Below the pieces are notes generated by a model that worked only from the letters and a program-made list of their open reading frames with translations, did not search any database and was not told the DNA's origin. Below are positions 1 through 12,800 of a stretch of DNA of 64,000 bases, piece after piece. A program made the translations under genes and the position numbers. This stretch comes from Macrostomum lignano (Eukaryota): contig NIVC01001715.1 of assembly GCA_002269645.1 (NCBI GenBank), forward strand, positions 62,001-126,000, read 5' to 3'. Numbering within the stretch: position 1 is the stretch's first letter; each line of letters opens with the position of its first letter.

Positions 1-36
1 CTTCAGTCTTCAGTTCAGCAGTGATCGGATCTTGTG

Positions 37-226
37 TAGGGATTCCAAAATCCCGACATTTTACAATCCCGGGATTGAATAGTCCCGAAATCCCGATGCT
101 GTTGAAATCCCGGGATTCAAAATCCCGGAATCCCGGTGCTTTTGCAATCCCGGGATTCGATTCCCAAAAAAATCCCGGGATTCCAGTCCCGGATTTTTGG
201 CCCCAATCCCGGGATTGGAATCCCTA
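37..226. mobile_element. 190-bp MITE, TIR TAGGGATTCCAA, internal AATCCCGGGATT palindromes, 6-bp TSD CTTGTG
   Basis: TAGGGATTCCAA at 37 and TTGGAATCCCTA ending at 226; CTTGTG at 31-36 and 227-232. Confidence 0.8.
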
Positions 227-1414
227 CTTGTGACTTGCCAATATGCTTGCGAAAGATAAATGTGAATAGGCCTAAAGAGTTAAGTTTCTTTGCAATTGAA
301 TAACTCTGCAAGCCAATTGCATTGAGTAGAATAAAGTACATTAAACTATGAGAAAATGTACTGTGAAGAATATTTGGTTTTCATTGTTATGATTGGAAAC
401 TATGTCATTGTTTTTGTAGGCCTATGGTTGGAAAGCTAGCCTTATAAAATTGTGCATTCACAGAAAATTAGGGGCTTTATCATTTTTTAATCAAACAAAA
501 TAGAGCCAATAAGTTATAGTAGTAGAAATGTTTATAAAATGCGAAGTCAAAATGACAATAAGAATCGGGCAATGATATTATGTTATAATTTCATAGTTTA
601 CCTAGAAGATTAATAGAACCTAATGATCTGATTTTTAATGATATTAACTCTAGGCCTAGCTCTATTTCAACAAAAATTCAAAGAACTCTAGGTTATTCTC
701 AAAAATATATTTTATTAAAATGCAAGCTTTAGACTAGTTGAACATCTTAATTAATAGAGTCAGTAGCACAGGGGCCAGGTTGCGGATGGTATGCATGTAT
801 GTTGGAACCTTTTTGGTATACAAAATGGCAACCCTAAGTCCTTAGTATACACAATCAACGTACACAACCTTGGTGCGCTTTGTTGGCATACACTATTGGT
901 ATACACAAGTAACACAATGACATACTTTTTTGGATACAAACTTTGGTGAATAAATTCATGGCACTTATCTACACAGGCAGCATCAGCAGGATTGGCATCA
1001 AAGCAAAAGATGCCTTGCATAAAAATTGTAATATAAATTAATATTTTCACTATAAAGTAAAAGAAAATTTGTATAGTATAAAAAGTCTAGGCATTATAAA
1101 CTTTTAGCTCTTTAAAAATTAACAATAAATTAAATTAGTATAAATTATTGTTAAGAGCATCAATTTTGCATTATTATTTCTATAGGTATAATTTAAATTT
1201 GTTTAAAATGAAAATATTGGTAATATTTTAAAAAGACTTTTTGTACAAAAGCCTTTTTTAGAAAACTACTTGTAAAAACCAAATGACCTTTTTAGAAGAA
1301 ATTTTTGGTGTAAATTTTAGGGAAATTTTTTGTTTATGGCATACACTAGTATACATTTAGATGAGCTAGGATTCTTGTTCCAGCGTACACTACTACATAA
1401 TCTACAACCTGGCG

Positions 1415-1560
1415 CAGGGGTTGGCAACCTTTTTCCATTCAAGGGCCAGATAAGGTTTTCAGTCCAAGACCACAGGCCACAGGGGCACACCTCGAGGCCT
1501 GAAGGGGTGGGAAGCAGTTGCCTCCCCTTAGGCAGAGACCTGAAGAAAATCAAAGGGGGA
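1415..1560 (+). mobile_element. hAT-Charlie-type MITE 5' relic
   Basis: CAGGGGTTGGCAACCTTTTT...AAGGGCCAGAT is a typical Charlie end. 1500-1560 also resembles 3470-3537. Confidence 0.5.
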
Positions 1561-2416
1561 CCAAGCATATTATTGTATCCCAAGACTAGCTAGTAGACTA
1601 GTGGTCTAGTTGGCTTTGTCTTGCACTCTGTACAAGCAAGGGAACTCAGCCCCAGTCTTGCTACTTGCCAACCCACTGTCACACAAACATGCAGGCAGTA
1701 GGCCGGCAACCAGGGTTGCAGCAAATGCATAGGCCTTGGTGACGATGTCCTAATAGCACTTGACCTACAATAACAGAAGCAGAATGATACTTACAATGGC
1801 ACAAGTTGTTCAACTTGGCACTCTAGGCATCTATGTTTAAATACAATTGCTACAATTGTATATTGTTTATATTAGTTATAGTCAAAGCAGCAAAGTCTGA
1901 GCCAGAGAAGAATGATCAAAGGGTCAGTGGGGGAAAAAGAAGAGCATGCCAATAAATATTGTCAGTATAAAATGGGGCAGAGAGAGCAAGCAGGGATTGG
2001 CTGTAGCCACGCAGAACGCGACAGGGTAGAAAACAAGGATTGCAGATAACAGTGACAGCCAATGAGAGAGCATAGAGGAGGAAGAATAATAGTAATCAGG
2101 GATGAGAAAATTGTAGACAAAGGCTGGATAAACAAACAACTTCAATAATAAATTCATCAATTTATTAGGTCTAGTGCAGTGGCACCAAAGTTTAACTTTG
2201 ACTTTATAAAATTTGACTTTATAAAAAAGCCCACAATAAGTTGCTAGCATGGAAGGGGTGGGGAGGGTTGGCAGAGGGAGAGAGAGAGCTATAGTATATG
2301 CAAGTACATTGAGTTACTAAATCATAACAACATTTTTGCCACAATATAGGAGCCACCTTTTAATACAATTAGATGCATTCTAAGAATTAAGTCTGATTCC
2401 ACTGTATAGTCAGCCC

Positions 2417-3002
2417 CCCTATTGGAATAAATGTTAAAAACCCGCGGATGCGCGCTTTAGAAAAGAGTCAAACTATTTTACCGCGCTTTAGGATTATTAG
2501 AGATGTTCCGAAAGATCTGCAGTTTCGTCGAAATCAAAATTTGCTAACTTTCCAAAATCAAAATCAAAATTTCCCAAAATCATAATTCAGAAAAACAAAG
2601 TTTAGTATGACCAACACTTACTTTTTTACTTTCAATTTACTGCTTAGCCAAAAAGTAATACATGTATATGTAGTAGAAATTAGTTTATTTTTAGCGACTT
2701 TTTAGACACTACCAAAATTTTCACTTCTAAATTTTTTTCGAAATTGAAATTTGCTCTAAAAAAATTTGGAAAATTGAAATTGAATTTTTGGAACATCTCT
2801 AAGCTTAATAAATTACGAGTGTATAAGCCCCTTCAACAGAGGTATTATACCCATTTCCATGTATATGTATTTGCTAGAACAGCAACCAGTAAGAAAGGGC
2901 AGCGCGCGTGCAGGCGATGCGCCTGTGCGCGCGCTGCAGTTTAGAAAAATTTCAAAAGTGCGCCGGACACCGTCCGCGGTTTTACAACTTTTTCCTATAG
3001 GG
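2417..3002. mobile_element. 586-bp non-autonomous DNA transposon, about 35-bp imperfect TIRs, 8-bp TSD GTCAGCCC
   Basis: Left end CCCTATTGGAATAAATGTTAAAAACCCGCGGA; reverse complement of right end CCCTATAGGAAAAAGTTGTAAAACCGCGGA; GTCAGCCC at 2409-2416 and 3003-3010. Confidence 0.8.
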
Positions 3003-3227
3003 GTCAGCCCTATCAATGTATATTAATTGGTGACCCATATTGTTGGCCAGCTCCAGCATATCATTTTCCTTCACTGGCAGTTCCCCTATTTCTATTCTAT
3101 TCGAAGTTTGAACTGATGTGTTGTCTGTCTAGACTCTAGACTGTATAAATAGCCACTCACACTAAGTTCATGTCTCATAACTCATTACTTAGGGGGCAAA
3201 AATGTGTGGACCAAATAATGAAGTTAC

Positions 3228-3455
3228 TATGAAGGTATGGGCCAGATTATAATAATATAGATTAAGAAAATTCGTGGGCCATAGTCTTTGTGGGCTGGAT
3301 CTAACCAATGTCAAACTATTTTACCACGCTTTAGGATTATTAGAGATGTTCCGAAAGATCTGCAGTTTCGTCGAAATCATTAATTCACTTCTATTAATAA
3401 CAGAGATAAATTGTGGGCTGGATCTAACCAATGGGCTGTAGGTTGCCGACCCCTG
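3228..3455 (+). mobile_element. hAT-Charlie-type MITE 3' relic, interrupted by a patchwork insertion
   Basis: GGGCTGGATCT...GGGCTGTAGGTTGCCGACCCCTG 3' end at 3412-3455. Confidence 0.5.
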
Positions 3456-5067
3456 CAGTAGCGCAACCAATGGGGTGGGGCTGGGAGGGCCTAAGTTGCC
3501 CTCCCTTAGGTAGAGACTTGAAAATAATCAAAAGGGAAAGCAAGCAAACTTTTGTCAAAAGTAGAACCACCTCCTTTCCACTCCCTCATGTCTTTACCTT
3601 CTGGAATCCACACCTTCCTTAACAGATTTTTGGTTGTACTTTTGAATAGGGTTTAGCTGAAAAATCATATACTATTAGAAAAAAGAGCTTTTAAAATATG
3701 CTATTAATATAAGACATTACAGTGGCAATTATTAATTAATATAAATAATGTAATGTTTATAGTATAAGCCATATTATTTAATTGCTTATTATTATGGGGC
3801 CAGGGCATGGCAAAGGGCAGGGGACATTGGGGACATGTCCTTTCTCCCAGAAGAAAGAGATTTTTATTGCCTTTGTATTTTGCTTCTATTAATAACAGAG
3901 ATAAATTGATATCTCTGTCCCCTCTCCTCTTGATATGAATCCTAGCTTTGCGCCTGCTTATTATATGTTTTTCAGCTTCAATAATACTTTTCTATGAGAC
4001 TATTATATTAAAATCACTAAAATTATGCTTATAACAGATAGTTCATGCCATCATAGTTCAGTCTAGTAGCAACTTAGTTTAATTCAGTAGTCTAGATATA
4101 ACTTTATCTTTTTTTCTTTCTCCTTTTTCCTCTCTCTTGTTGTCTCTATTTATGTTTCCTATTTCTTTCTCTCTTATTATCCCTCTTGCCTTTGCATTGC
4201 TCTTTTTGTAGTTATGCTTATATGTAAAAATGAAATTTGCAACTTACCTTGACTAGTAGCTAGGTATTGTATATATGTAGTTAAAATAAAGTATAAAACA
4301 GCAAACTGATAAATAAAAAGTTAAAATAAAATTTAGCTGAAGTTATATTAGTAAAAGATTACTAGTATTTATAGACTTTTCTTCTAGAATTATATATACA
4401 TATGCTAATGCTAGCCAACCTAGTTTATCCAATTGATATTAATTTGATTATTTATTTTTTTGGAAAAATTTGATGTTTTTTACTTTGTTTTTGTGTAAGT
4501 TGCAAAACATTGTAAGTTATATAGCCAGTGTAATTTTAGAGGTTGCACTTGTATTTTCTTGCTTGCAAAGATATTTGGACTAGAGTTTACCTATGTATAA
4601 TCAAGTTCAAGCATGAAATTATATAGAGTATAAAGTGGGTAAGTTACATGGCAATCAATTAACATTCATGTTGATTAGTTATAGATTACATTATTAATAT
4701 TGCCAATGACATTTATGTCAATAAGTTATCATTCATCGTCATACTGTTATAGCCAATTTCGGCAACCTTATCAGGAAATGACAGAGTACAAAGTATGCTT
4801 ATATTGGGCCTTGCTAAATATTTTGAGTCACTTGTATGCATTAGCTAGTGTGCATGCATTGGGGTTTCATAGCTAGATAAGAAAGTTCTAAGAGATAGGA
4901 AAGTTCCTGTCCAGTTTTTTGGTATTTAAAACTTATTGACCTCTATACTTTTTGTGCTATTGTAACTTTTGTATAATTAAAAAAGCATCAATGCGTAAGT
5001 TATTTGTCCTTATATTTTATTGAATGGAAAAACTGTACACGTAGAAAGTAGAAATTACACTAGAAAG

Positions 5068-5425
5068 CCATCAGCAATTCCCCCCGTCAGCCTTGTAATC
5101 TCAGCAATTCCCCCCCCGTCAGCCTTGGAATCTCAGCAATTCTCCCCGTCAGCCTTGTAATCTCAGCAATTCCCCCGTCAGCCTTGGAATCTCAGCAATT
5201 CTCCCCGTCAGCCTTGGAATCTCAGCAATTCTCCCCGTCAGCCTTGGAATCTCAGCAATTCCCCCTATCAGCCTTGGAATCTCAGCAATTCCTCCTATCA
5301 GCCTTGGAATCTCAGCAATTCCCCGTCAGCGATTCCCCCATCAGAAACCCCCCCCGCCAGCAATTCCCCCCGTCAGCAATCCCCCTATCAGCAATTCCCC
5401 CATCAGCAATTCCCCCCGTCAGCCA
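5068..5425 (+). repeat. Minisatellite, ~30-bp unit CAGCAATTCYCCCCGTCAGCCTTGGAATCT
   Basis: Tandem units; degenerate antiparallel relatives at 27520-28060. Confidence 0.9.
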
Positions 5426-5524
5426 GTTATAAAAAATGATAAATAATGATTTCCAGGAGGTGCCAGAAACTCGAAATCCCCAGCAACAGCCAATACCGCG
5501 TCAGCTTCAACTGTAATCCCAACC

Positions 5525-6194
5525 ATGTCTAGCCATCATTATCACCATTCTGCCACGCCTTCGACTTCATCTGCTGCGGACTCTGTTGCCATGGTAACGG
5601 CGTCTTCATCTGGTGGCGGCGGAGGCGGCAACGGCGGTTCCGGCAGCGACGCTATAGGCAAGCGACTCGGACACGCCAAGAAGGCCAGCGAAGTGTCCGT
5701 AGTGTCCGGCCGGACAGTCTACACAGACTCGGACAGCGACGATGAGCTGTCCTACGCGCAGGCGATGGCCGCGGTGGGTGCCGGCCGCGCCCAGCAGCAG
5801 CAAATGCAGCAGCAACAGCATCAGCAGCAAAAGCAGGAGCACCACGGCAAGCAGAAGAAACGGAAGAGCCCCAGCTCGGGTTGGGATATTTTAACATCGA
5901 TCGGACCTGCCGCTCCCGGTTCCGGCGCTGCTGGCGGAGCTTCGTCTGGCGCCGGAACTTCTGGCAACGCGGCTGCGTCCGGCGCTTCGGCCACTGCAGC
6001 GTCGGGCCCGGCTGGCAGAGCTGGCGGAGTCGGAGATGCCAGCGCCGCTGGAGCGCTTCGAGCGCCGGCCAAGTGCGAGGGCTATCTGTTCAAGAGGCGG
6101 CGCTTCCCGCTGAAGGGCTGGCACAAGCGGTGGTACGTGTGCGACAAGGGCTTCTTCTACTATGCCAAGTCCGCTAACGAGATGAAGACGCTGG
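5525..6194 (+). CDS. OSBPL6: ORP3/6/7-like exon 1 (low-complexity N-terminus, start of PH domain)
   Basis: ATG at 5525; donor G|GTAAGA at 6195. The frame stays open upstream to an acceptor TTCCAG at 5456, so the true start may lie further 5'. Confidence 0.88.
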
Positions 6195-6277
6195 GTAAGA
6201 ATGTTTGCCGTCTGTGTGTCTGTGTGTCTGTCTGTCTGTCTGTCTGTCAGTCTGTCTGTCTGTCTGTCTGTCTGTCA

Positions 6278-6308
<31 letters not shown>

Positions 6309-9300
6309 AGTCTGTCTGTCTGTCAGTCTGTCTGTCTGTCTGTCTGTCTGTGTGTCTCTCTGCCTGTCCAGAGTGTACATGCCTGACGATTGGACAGTCA
6401 GGGCTGCGGTACACCTGTGTGAGCGTGTGCATGAGTGCGTGCCTGCGTACAGTATTGACGCGCTTGTATGTGCTGTCAGCGCTGATTTGACGCTGTGCCA
6501 GTGTGAGGAGGTGAGGCTGTTTTATAGCTAGCTGAGATCATGAACTGAACCGAGCCTCCTCTTATTCTCGTGCTTTTCGAAATGCAGCATGATTTTGTTT
6601 GTCATGAGATGTACTTCTCAATCTAGTAGAGATTGTACTTTTCGATAACTATTTGTTTTTTTTGTTGGTAATAATAATTATTATTCCAGTTTCAACTGTT
6701 AATCAGAGTGCAAAGGTTAAATAACTTTTTTCCCATTGCTCACTGTTACACAGTTGAATACTCATATTTTGTGTTGTATGTACGTATCGTGCATGCCCTC
6801 AGGGTGTGGTCTGGGCAGTGAGGTCAGAATACTGCTGTGTAGAAGGTGTGGAGAGAGAGAGTGAGCACAGAGGGTTTTGCACTGTTTGTACGCGTTTAAA
6901 TTGCCAAGCTAGACTCAACACTGTTTTTGCTTTAGTCTAAAGTCCTGCTTTTTCAGCGGGTGGCACGATGCACGACTGTCAAATAAGAAAATATGGCGTG
7001 ACTGCTTTTACCTGCTGTTTGTCTGAGTCTTTGGGGGGGCCCAGGTGCTAGCAAGGCATTTTATATTGTCACTTTCACTGCTGTCTGTTTAATATATTTT
7101 TGATATTGAAATGCGGGCTCTTTTGGGGTGTTATGTCTGTGTGGAATTGTTTAACAAAAATAGTTTCAGTTTGTTTTATTAACTTTACTAATTGTGTGTG
7201 TTAGCCCCTGTTACCCATTTTAAAATTGAGATCTTACACTTAGGAGTCGTCTTTTGTCCTTGAAAATCGCCCTTTATCCTCGGGAATCGCCCTTTGACCT
7301 TGGAAATCGCCCTTTGTCCTTGGGAATCGCCCTTTGTCCTTGGGAATCGCCCTTTGTCCTTGGGAATCTCCATTTGTCCTTGGGAATCTCCATTTGTCCT
7401 TGGGAATCTCCATTTGTCCTTGGGAATCGCCCTTTGTCTTTGGGAATCGCCCTTTGTCCTTGGGAATCGCCCTTTGTCCTTGGGAATCGCCCTTTGTCCT
7501 TGGGAATCGCCCTTTGTCCTCGGGAATCGCCCTTCGTTCTTAGGAATCGCTCATTATCCTCGGGGAATTTTCCTTTATCATTGGGAATCGTCCTTTATCG
7601 ATTGAGAATCGACCTTTTATCCTTGGGAATCACCCTTTATCGATTGAGAATCGACCTTTTATCCTTGGGAATCACCCTTTATCGATTGTGAATCGACCTT
7701 TATCTCTGGGGATCACAATTTAACTTAGAGAATGAGGAAATTCCAATTTCCAATCCTCATTAAAAATAAATGCCTATCTCCGATGAAATGCCGTGCATGA
7801 TTCGGGCCAATTACTATAAATGGCAATTTATATTTACCTAAGGCAAGATTAGATTGGTAAGAGACAACATCCTTTATGTGTTGGTCTCACTCGTTGAAAA
7901 CGTTACTTCGTGACAAGAATCGCTAAAGAGTCATTGCAAACAGCTCACAAAGGGACTCTAGACACTCTGGGGCGACTCTTATACTTTAAACAGTTCTGAA
8001 GATTTCGATATTTTTAAATAATAGGAATAATTTATTACACCTGCCTTAATGGCCAGATGTGCAACCGACAGCTCAGCCGCAGCCATTGCTCAGCGCATCT
8101 GTGAAGGCTGCGTACGGCTGTTCAGTCCAAGGGACTGGGGGGGGGGTGCCACGCTTAGCCTCAATTACCCCAGCTAATGCTGGCACCCATTTTGCAGCTG
8201 GGTGAACTGAAGCAATGCAGAGTTAAGTGTATTTTGCTCAAGGACACAAATTGTTCCAGTGGGACTGGGAATCGAACCCCCGACCTTCCAGTTGTGAGTC
8301 CGACGCCACTAGGCTACAACCCCTTGTTTTCAAAACAAAAATGATCAATACAATGAATACAGTAGAAGTTTTAATATAACAAAAACCACAACAGGCCGTT
8401 ACCATGGCAACATCGACCTTGGCAACTCGTTCATCAGCTACAAGCGCAGCCGGCGCCGTATTCACATAGACGCCGGCTCCATAGTACATCATGTCCGTTG
8501 TAAACGCAACGAAGATTTCGAAATGTGGATTGGCCAGTTAAACTGTCACCGGACTTATCGACACCTGCAGCTGCAGAATCAGCCTCCATCCGGTACTGGA
8601 AATCCGCAATTTGCTGCCGCTGGTGTCGCCTCGCCGCTGCCTGTACAGCTGCTGCCGCCGGCTATTGTCGCTGCCATCAGCGGCGGCGGCGGTGGAGGTG
8701 GTGGTGGCAGAGGCGGCAGCAGCGGTGGCGCCGGTAGAGACCTACCAGACGCTCCTGTTGTGCCGATGTCACCGGCTGGTGAGTTTGTCTGCTTCTGCTT
8801 AGTTTCATCAATTCAAATATCTAATTTCCGTGTGTGTGTGTGTGTGTGTTTATTTGATTGATTTGCTAATGGGAACTGTACAGAAATTCAAATTTTATCT
8901 TCTATTCGTGATGTAGTGTATATTAATTGCATAGTTTAAATTCAATTCATAGAGTGCTTAGATTGACAGAGATGAAAATGAGAGGATACAGATATAGACA
9001 TGAGAGGATAGAGAGATAGACATGAGAGGATAGAGAGATAGACATGAGAGGATAGAGAGAGATAGACATGAGAGGATAGACATGAGAGGATAGAGAGAGA
9101 GTTAGACATGAGAGGATAGAGAGATAGACATGAGAGGATAGAGAGAGATAGACATGAGAGGATAGAGAGAGATAGACATGAGAGGATAGACATGAGAGGA
9201 TAGAGAGAGATAGACATGAGAGGTTAGAGAGATAGACATGAGAGGATAGAGAGATAGACATGAGAGGATAGAGAGAGATAGACATGAGAGGATAGAGAGA

Positions 9301-9782
9301 GATAGACATGAGAGGATAGACATGAGAGGATAGAGAGAGATAGACATGAGAGGATAGAGAGAGATAGACATGAGAGGATAGACATGAGAGGATAGAGAGA
9401 GATAGACATGAGAGGATAGACATGAGAGGATAGAGAAAGACAGACATGAGAGGATAGACATGAGAGGATAGAGATAGAGAGAGAGATAGACGTGAGAATC
9501 GATGACATAAATCATAAACAATCATGCAGCCACAGAGACACGCGGATAAACAGACTGATAGATGGATATACAACTAGAAATGTGAAGTGTCTCAGTGTGC
9601 CATGACCAAGGGAGAAATATGACTCGGTACTACTGCACGTATGAAATTATATAATTGCTGAGGCGTATGATCAATTTTATGCATCTAAGGAAACATCTCA
9701 CCATTTTTGTATCCTGTCTGTTGCCAGTTGGGTATACAAGTATATCATAGCATGCTCAAGCTGAGTCCATCGATTTCTTAGT

Positions 9783-9822
<40 letters not shown>

Positions 9823-12800
9823 TCGTTGCACTTAGCAGCTGACTTTCCAGACAGACTTCACTCTCTGCCCTCCCCTCGCCCTCTTCTTTCTTGTCGCTGG
9901 GTTCGCTGTACTATATGCCCGAAAGAGATTAAAATTGTATTATCCTAACCCTAAGTTCGGTTTTCTTTGCACTCTTACGGACCTGACGAAATGTTGCAGA
10001 GCCTAACAGTATGCCTTATATATAAATGGCGCTAAATATGTTTAGTAGTGTAGCTATTAAGCCAGTCTAAGTTCTTTCTCACACTATTTATGTTTTCCGT
10101 TTCTGTCAACTCGAGTGTTTCCTGCCACTCTGCTTCTCTTTTGTCAACTGGGAGAGAGTCTCCAGCTATGGCACTGTTTAGTCTAGGTTTGAGTATTTAC
10201 TTATAAAAGCGCATTTTAGGTGCGGCATGCATATTGGACACAGACACAGTTTTCGGTAGTTTAGTTAGTTGCGTATAATGTGCCTGTTTAACCTGGAATA
10301 GTTACTGCCTGATACAGACTGGGGTATTGCAGATGGTGGAGACTGGGGTGTTGCAGATAATGGAGACTGGGGTATTGCAGATGGTGGAGACTGGGGTGTT
10401 GCAGATAATGGAGACTGGGGTATTGCAGATGGCTGATGGAGACTGGGGTATTGCAGATGGCGGAGACTGGGGTGTTGCAGATAATGGAGACTGGGGTATT
10501 GCAGATGGTGGAGACTGGGGTATTGCAGATGATGGAGACTGGGGTATTGCAGATGGTGGAGACTGGGGTGTTGCAGATAATGGAGACTGGGGTATTGCAG
10601 ATGGTGGAGACTGGGGTGTTGCAGATAATGGAGACTGGGGTATTGCAGATGGTGGAGACTGGGGTGTTGCAGATAATGGAGACTGGGGTATTGCAGATGG
10701 TGGAGACTGGGGTGTTGCAGATGATGGAGACTGGGGTATTACAGATGGCTGATGGAGACTGGGGTATTGCAGATGGCGGAGACTGGGGTGTTGCAGATAA
10801 TGGAGACTGGGGTATTGCAGATGGTGGAGACTGGGGTGTTGCAGATGATGGAGACTGGGGTATTGCAGATGGCTGATGGAGACTGGGGTCTTACAGATGG
10901 CGGAGACTGGAATGTTGCAGATGATGGAGACTGGGATGTTGCAGATGATGGAGACTGGGATGTTGCAGATATGGAGACTATGGTATTACAGATGATGAAG
11001 ACTAGGGCGTTGCAGATGCCTGAAGTGCTGCATCTGTAAGTTTTAGCTGTAGCTACTAAGCTGTGGTCATAAAAGTTTAAAACAATGGAGTAAGGATTAC
11101 AATGGAACGGAAATGGAAGCCTGTTAAGCATTGTCACTTTAAAATCATAGTTTCCAGAGTTTCCTAAGCTAAAAGCTTTAGCATACACTGATGACTGTAT
11201 GAATAGGTAAAAGACAAAAAAATTACAGGTATTGCGGAGGCAGAGCTTGAACTTAGTTCCTTCTAATTAGGTTGGACAGGTCTTAGTTACTGTTAATTGG
11301 TTTCGATAACAAGACTCCGACCGACGAAAAGGCATCATAGGGCCAATATTGACATTAAAGGACAGCTCGGGGCGAACTCTTCAAAGGAAAACTCTGTGTA
11401 TGCGTTAACGCTGTATTGTGTGCTTGTACTTTCTGATTTTTTTGAGTTGTTAACCGTCTGGTTCAATAATTAGCACGCTCTATTACCATAAAAAAAATTT
11501 GCCTATCAGCCATGTAGGTCTTAAGTAAGCTTGTACTTTAAACATTTCTATTTCAAAATATGCTAGTGATTAAAGTACACTTGCGCACCCCCCCCGCAGA
11601 GAGCGTCAAGCTGAAGTCTCTGACCATCGCTCGCACCGGGTCCCTCACCCGGGGCATGCCGCCCGGCTCCCTGTCTGCCGCCACCCTGCGCCGGCTTCGC
11701 GACACAACCGGCGTTGCCGCTGCTTCCGCTGCCGCGGCCGCCGCCGCCGCCGACGACGCCGTGGCGGGCAAGCTGCAAAAACTTCGCGGCCTCGTTACAG
11801 ATATTGAAGCCATGCTGGAGTCCTGCTCCAAGTTCTGCGACAATGGAAAGGTAAGTGGAAGTGCATTTTTCTACTTTTAAAACAATTCCTAGTTTTTATA
11901 ATAAAACTTTTTAACCTTAATACCACTTAACAACCCGTGAGTACTTCATCGTTTTATATTGTTAGATAATCCCGTATCTAAGGTAAATAACCCGTTACTA
12001 AGCAGTTAAGGTTTGTTTTATTATTTGATAATACCGTATCCAAGGTAAATAACCCGTTGCTAAGCAGTTCAGGTTTGTTTTATTATTTGATAATACCGTA
12101 TCTAAGGTACATAATCCGTTGCTAAGCAGTTAAGGTATGTTATTTTGTTAGATAATACCATATCCAAGGTAAATAACGCGCGTTGCTAAGCAGCTCAGGT
12201 TGCTATATCATTACATAATACCGTATCCAAGGTAAATAACCCGTTGCTAAGCAGCTCAGGTTGCTATATCATTACATAATACCGTATCCAAGGTAAATAA
12301 CCCGTTGCTAAGCAGCTCAGGTTGCTATATTATTAGATAATACCGTATCCAAGGTAAATAACCCACGTTGCTAAGCAGCTCAGTTTTGCTTTATTATTAG
12401 ATAATACCGTATCCAAGGTAAATAACCCACGTTGCTAAGCATATCAGTTTTGCTATATTTTTAGATAATACCATATCTAAAGTAAACAATCTTTTGCTAA
12501 GCAGTTCGGTTTAGTTACAACAAGATATAATCGTTTGCTGTTTCGAATGATTTCAAAAATTCTAAAGTTTTTTTATTTGTAAATACTCCGTGTAAATAAA
12601 AATCGATAGACGTAAAAGTACAGTGTACTAAATATTGATCGATTCTGTTCTCGCTCTGCTCTCTGTGCACTCAATCAGCTGAGCCAGTCCGTAGGCAGTG
12701 GCACAGCCACTGCCGCCACCGCCGCCGCCGCCGCAGCCTCATCAACCACAGGCGGCGGCGCCAGCAGTGGCAGCGGCAGGCGCCGGGGCCAGCACGCCTA

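Noticed and set aside
1415-3455. One 2-kb hAT element bounded by matching TIRs at 1415 and 3455
   Set aside because: The flanking 8-mers (ACCTGGCG vs CAGTAGCG) are not a TSD and there is no transposase remnant. These are more likely two separate Charlie-type MITE relics.
4242-4250. Perfect minus-strand donor AAG|GTAAGT suggesting a divergent transcript
   Set aside because: A single 9-mer without an identifiable exon, ORF or acceptor; compatible with chance.
6195-6490. Extension of the ORP exon-1 ORF through (VCLS)n
   Set aside because: This is read-through into the intronic TCTG microsatellite. The PH domain continues in exon 2 after the donor at 6195.
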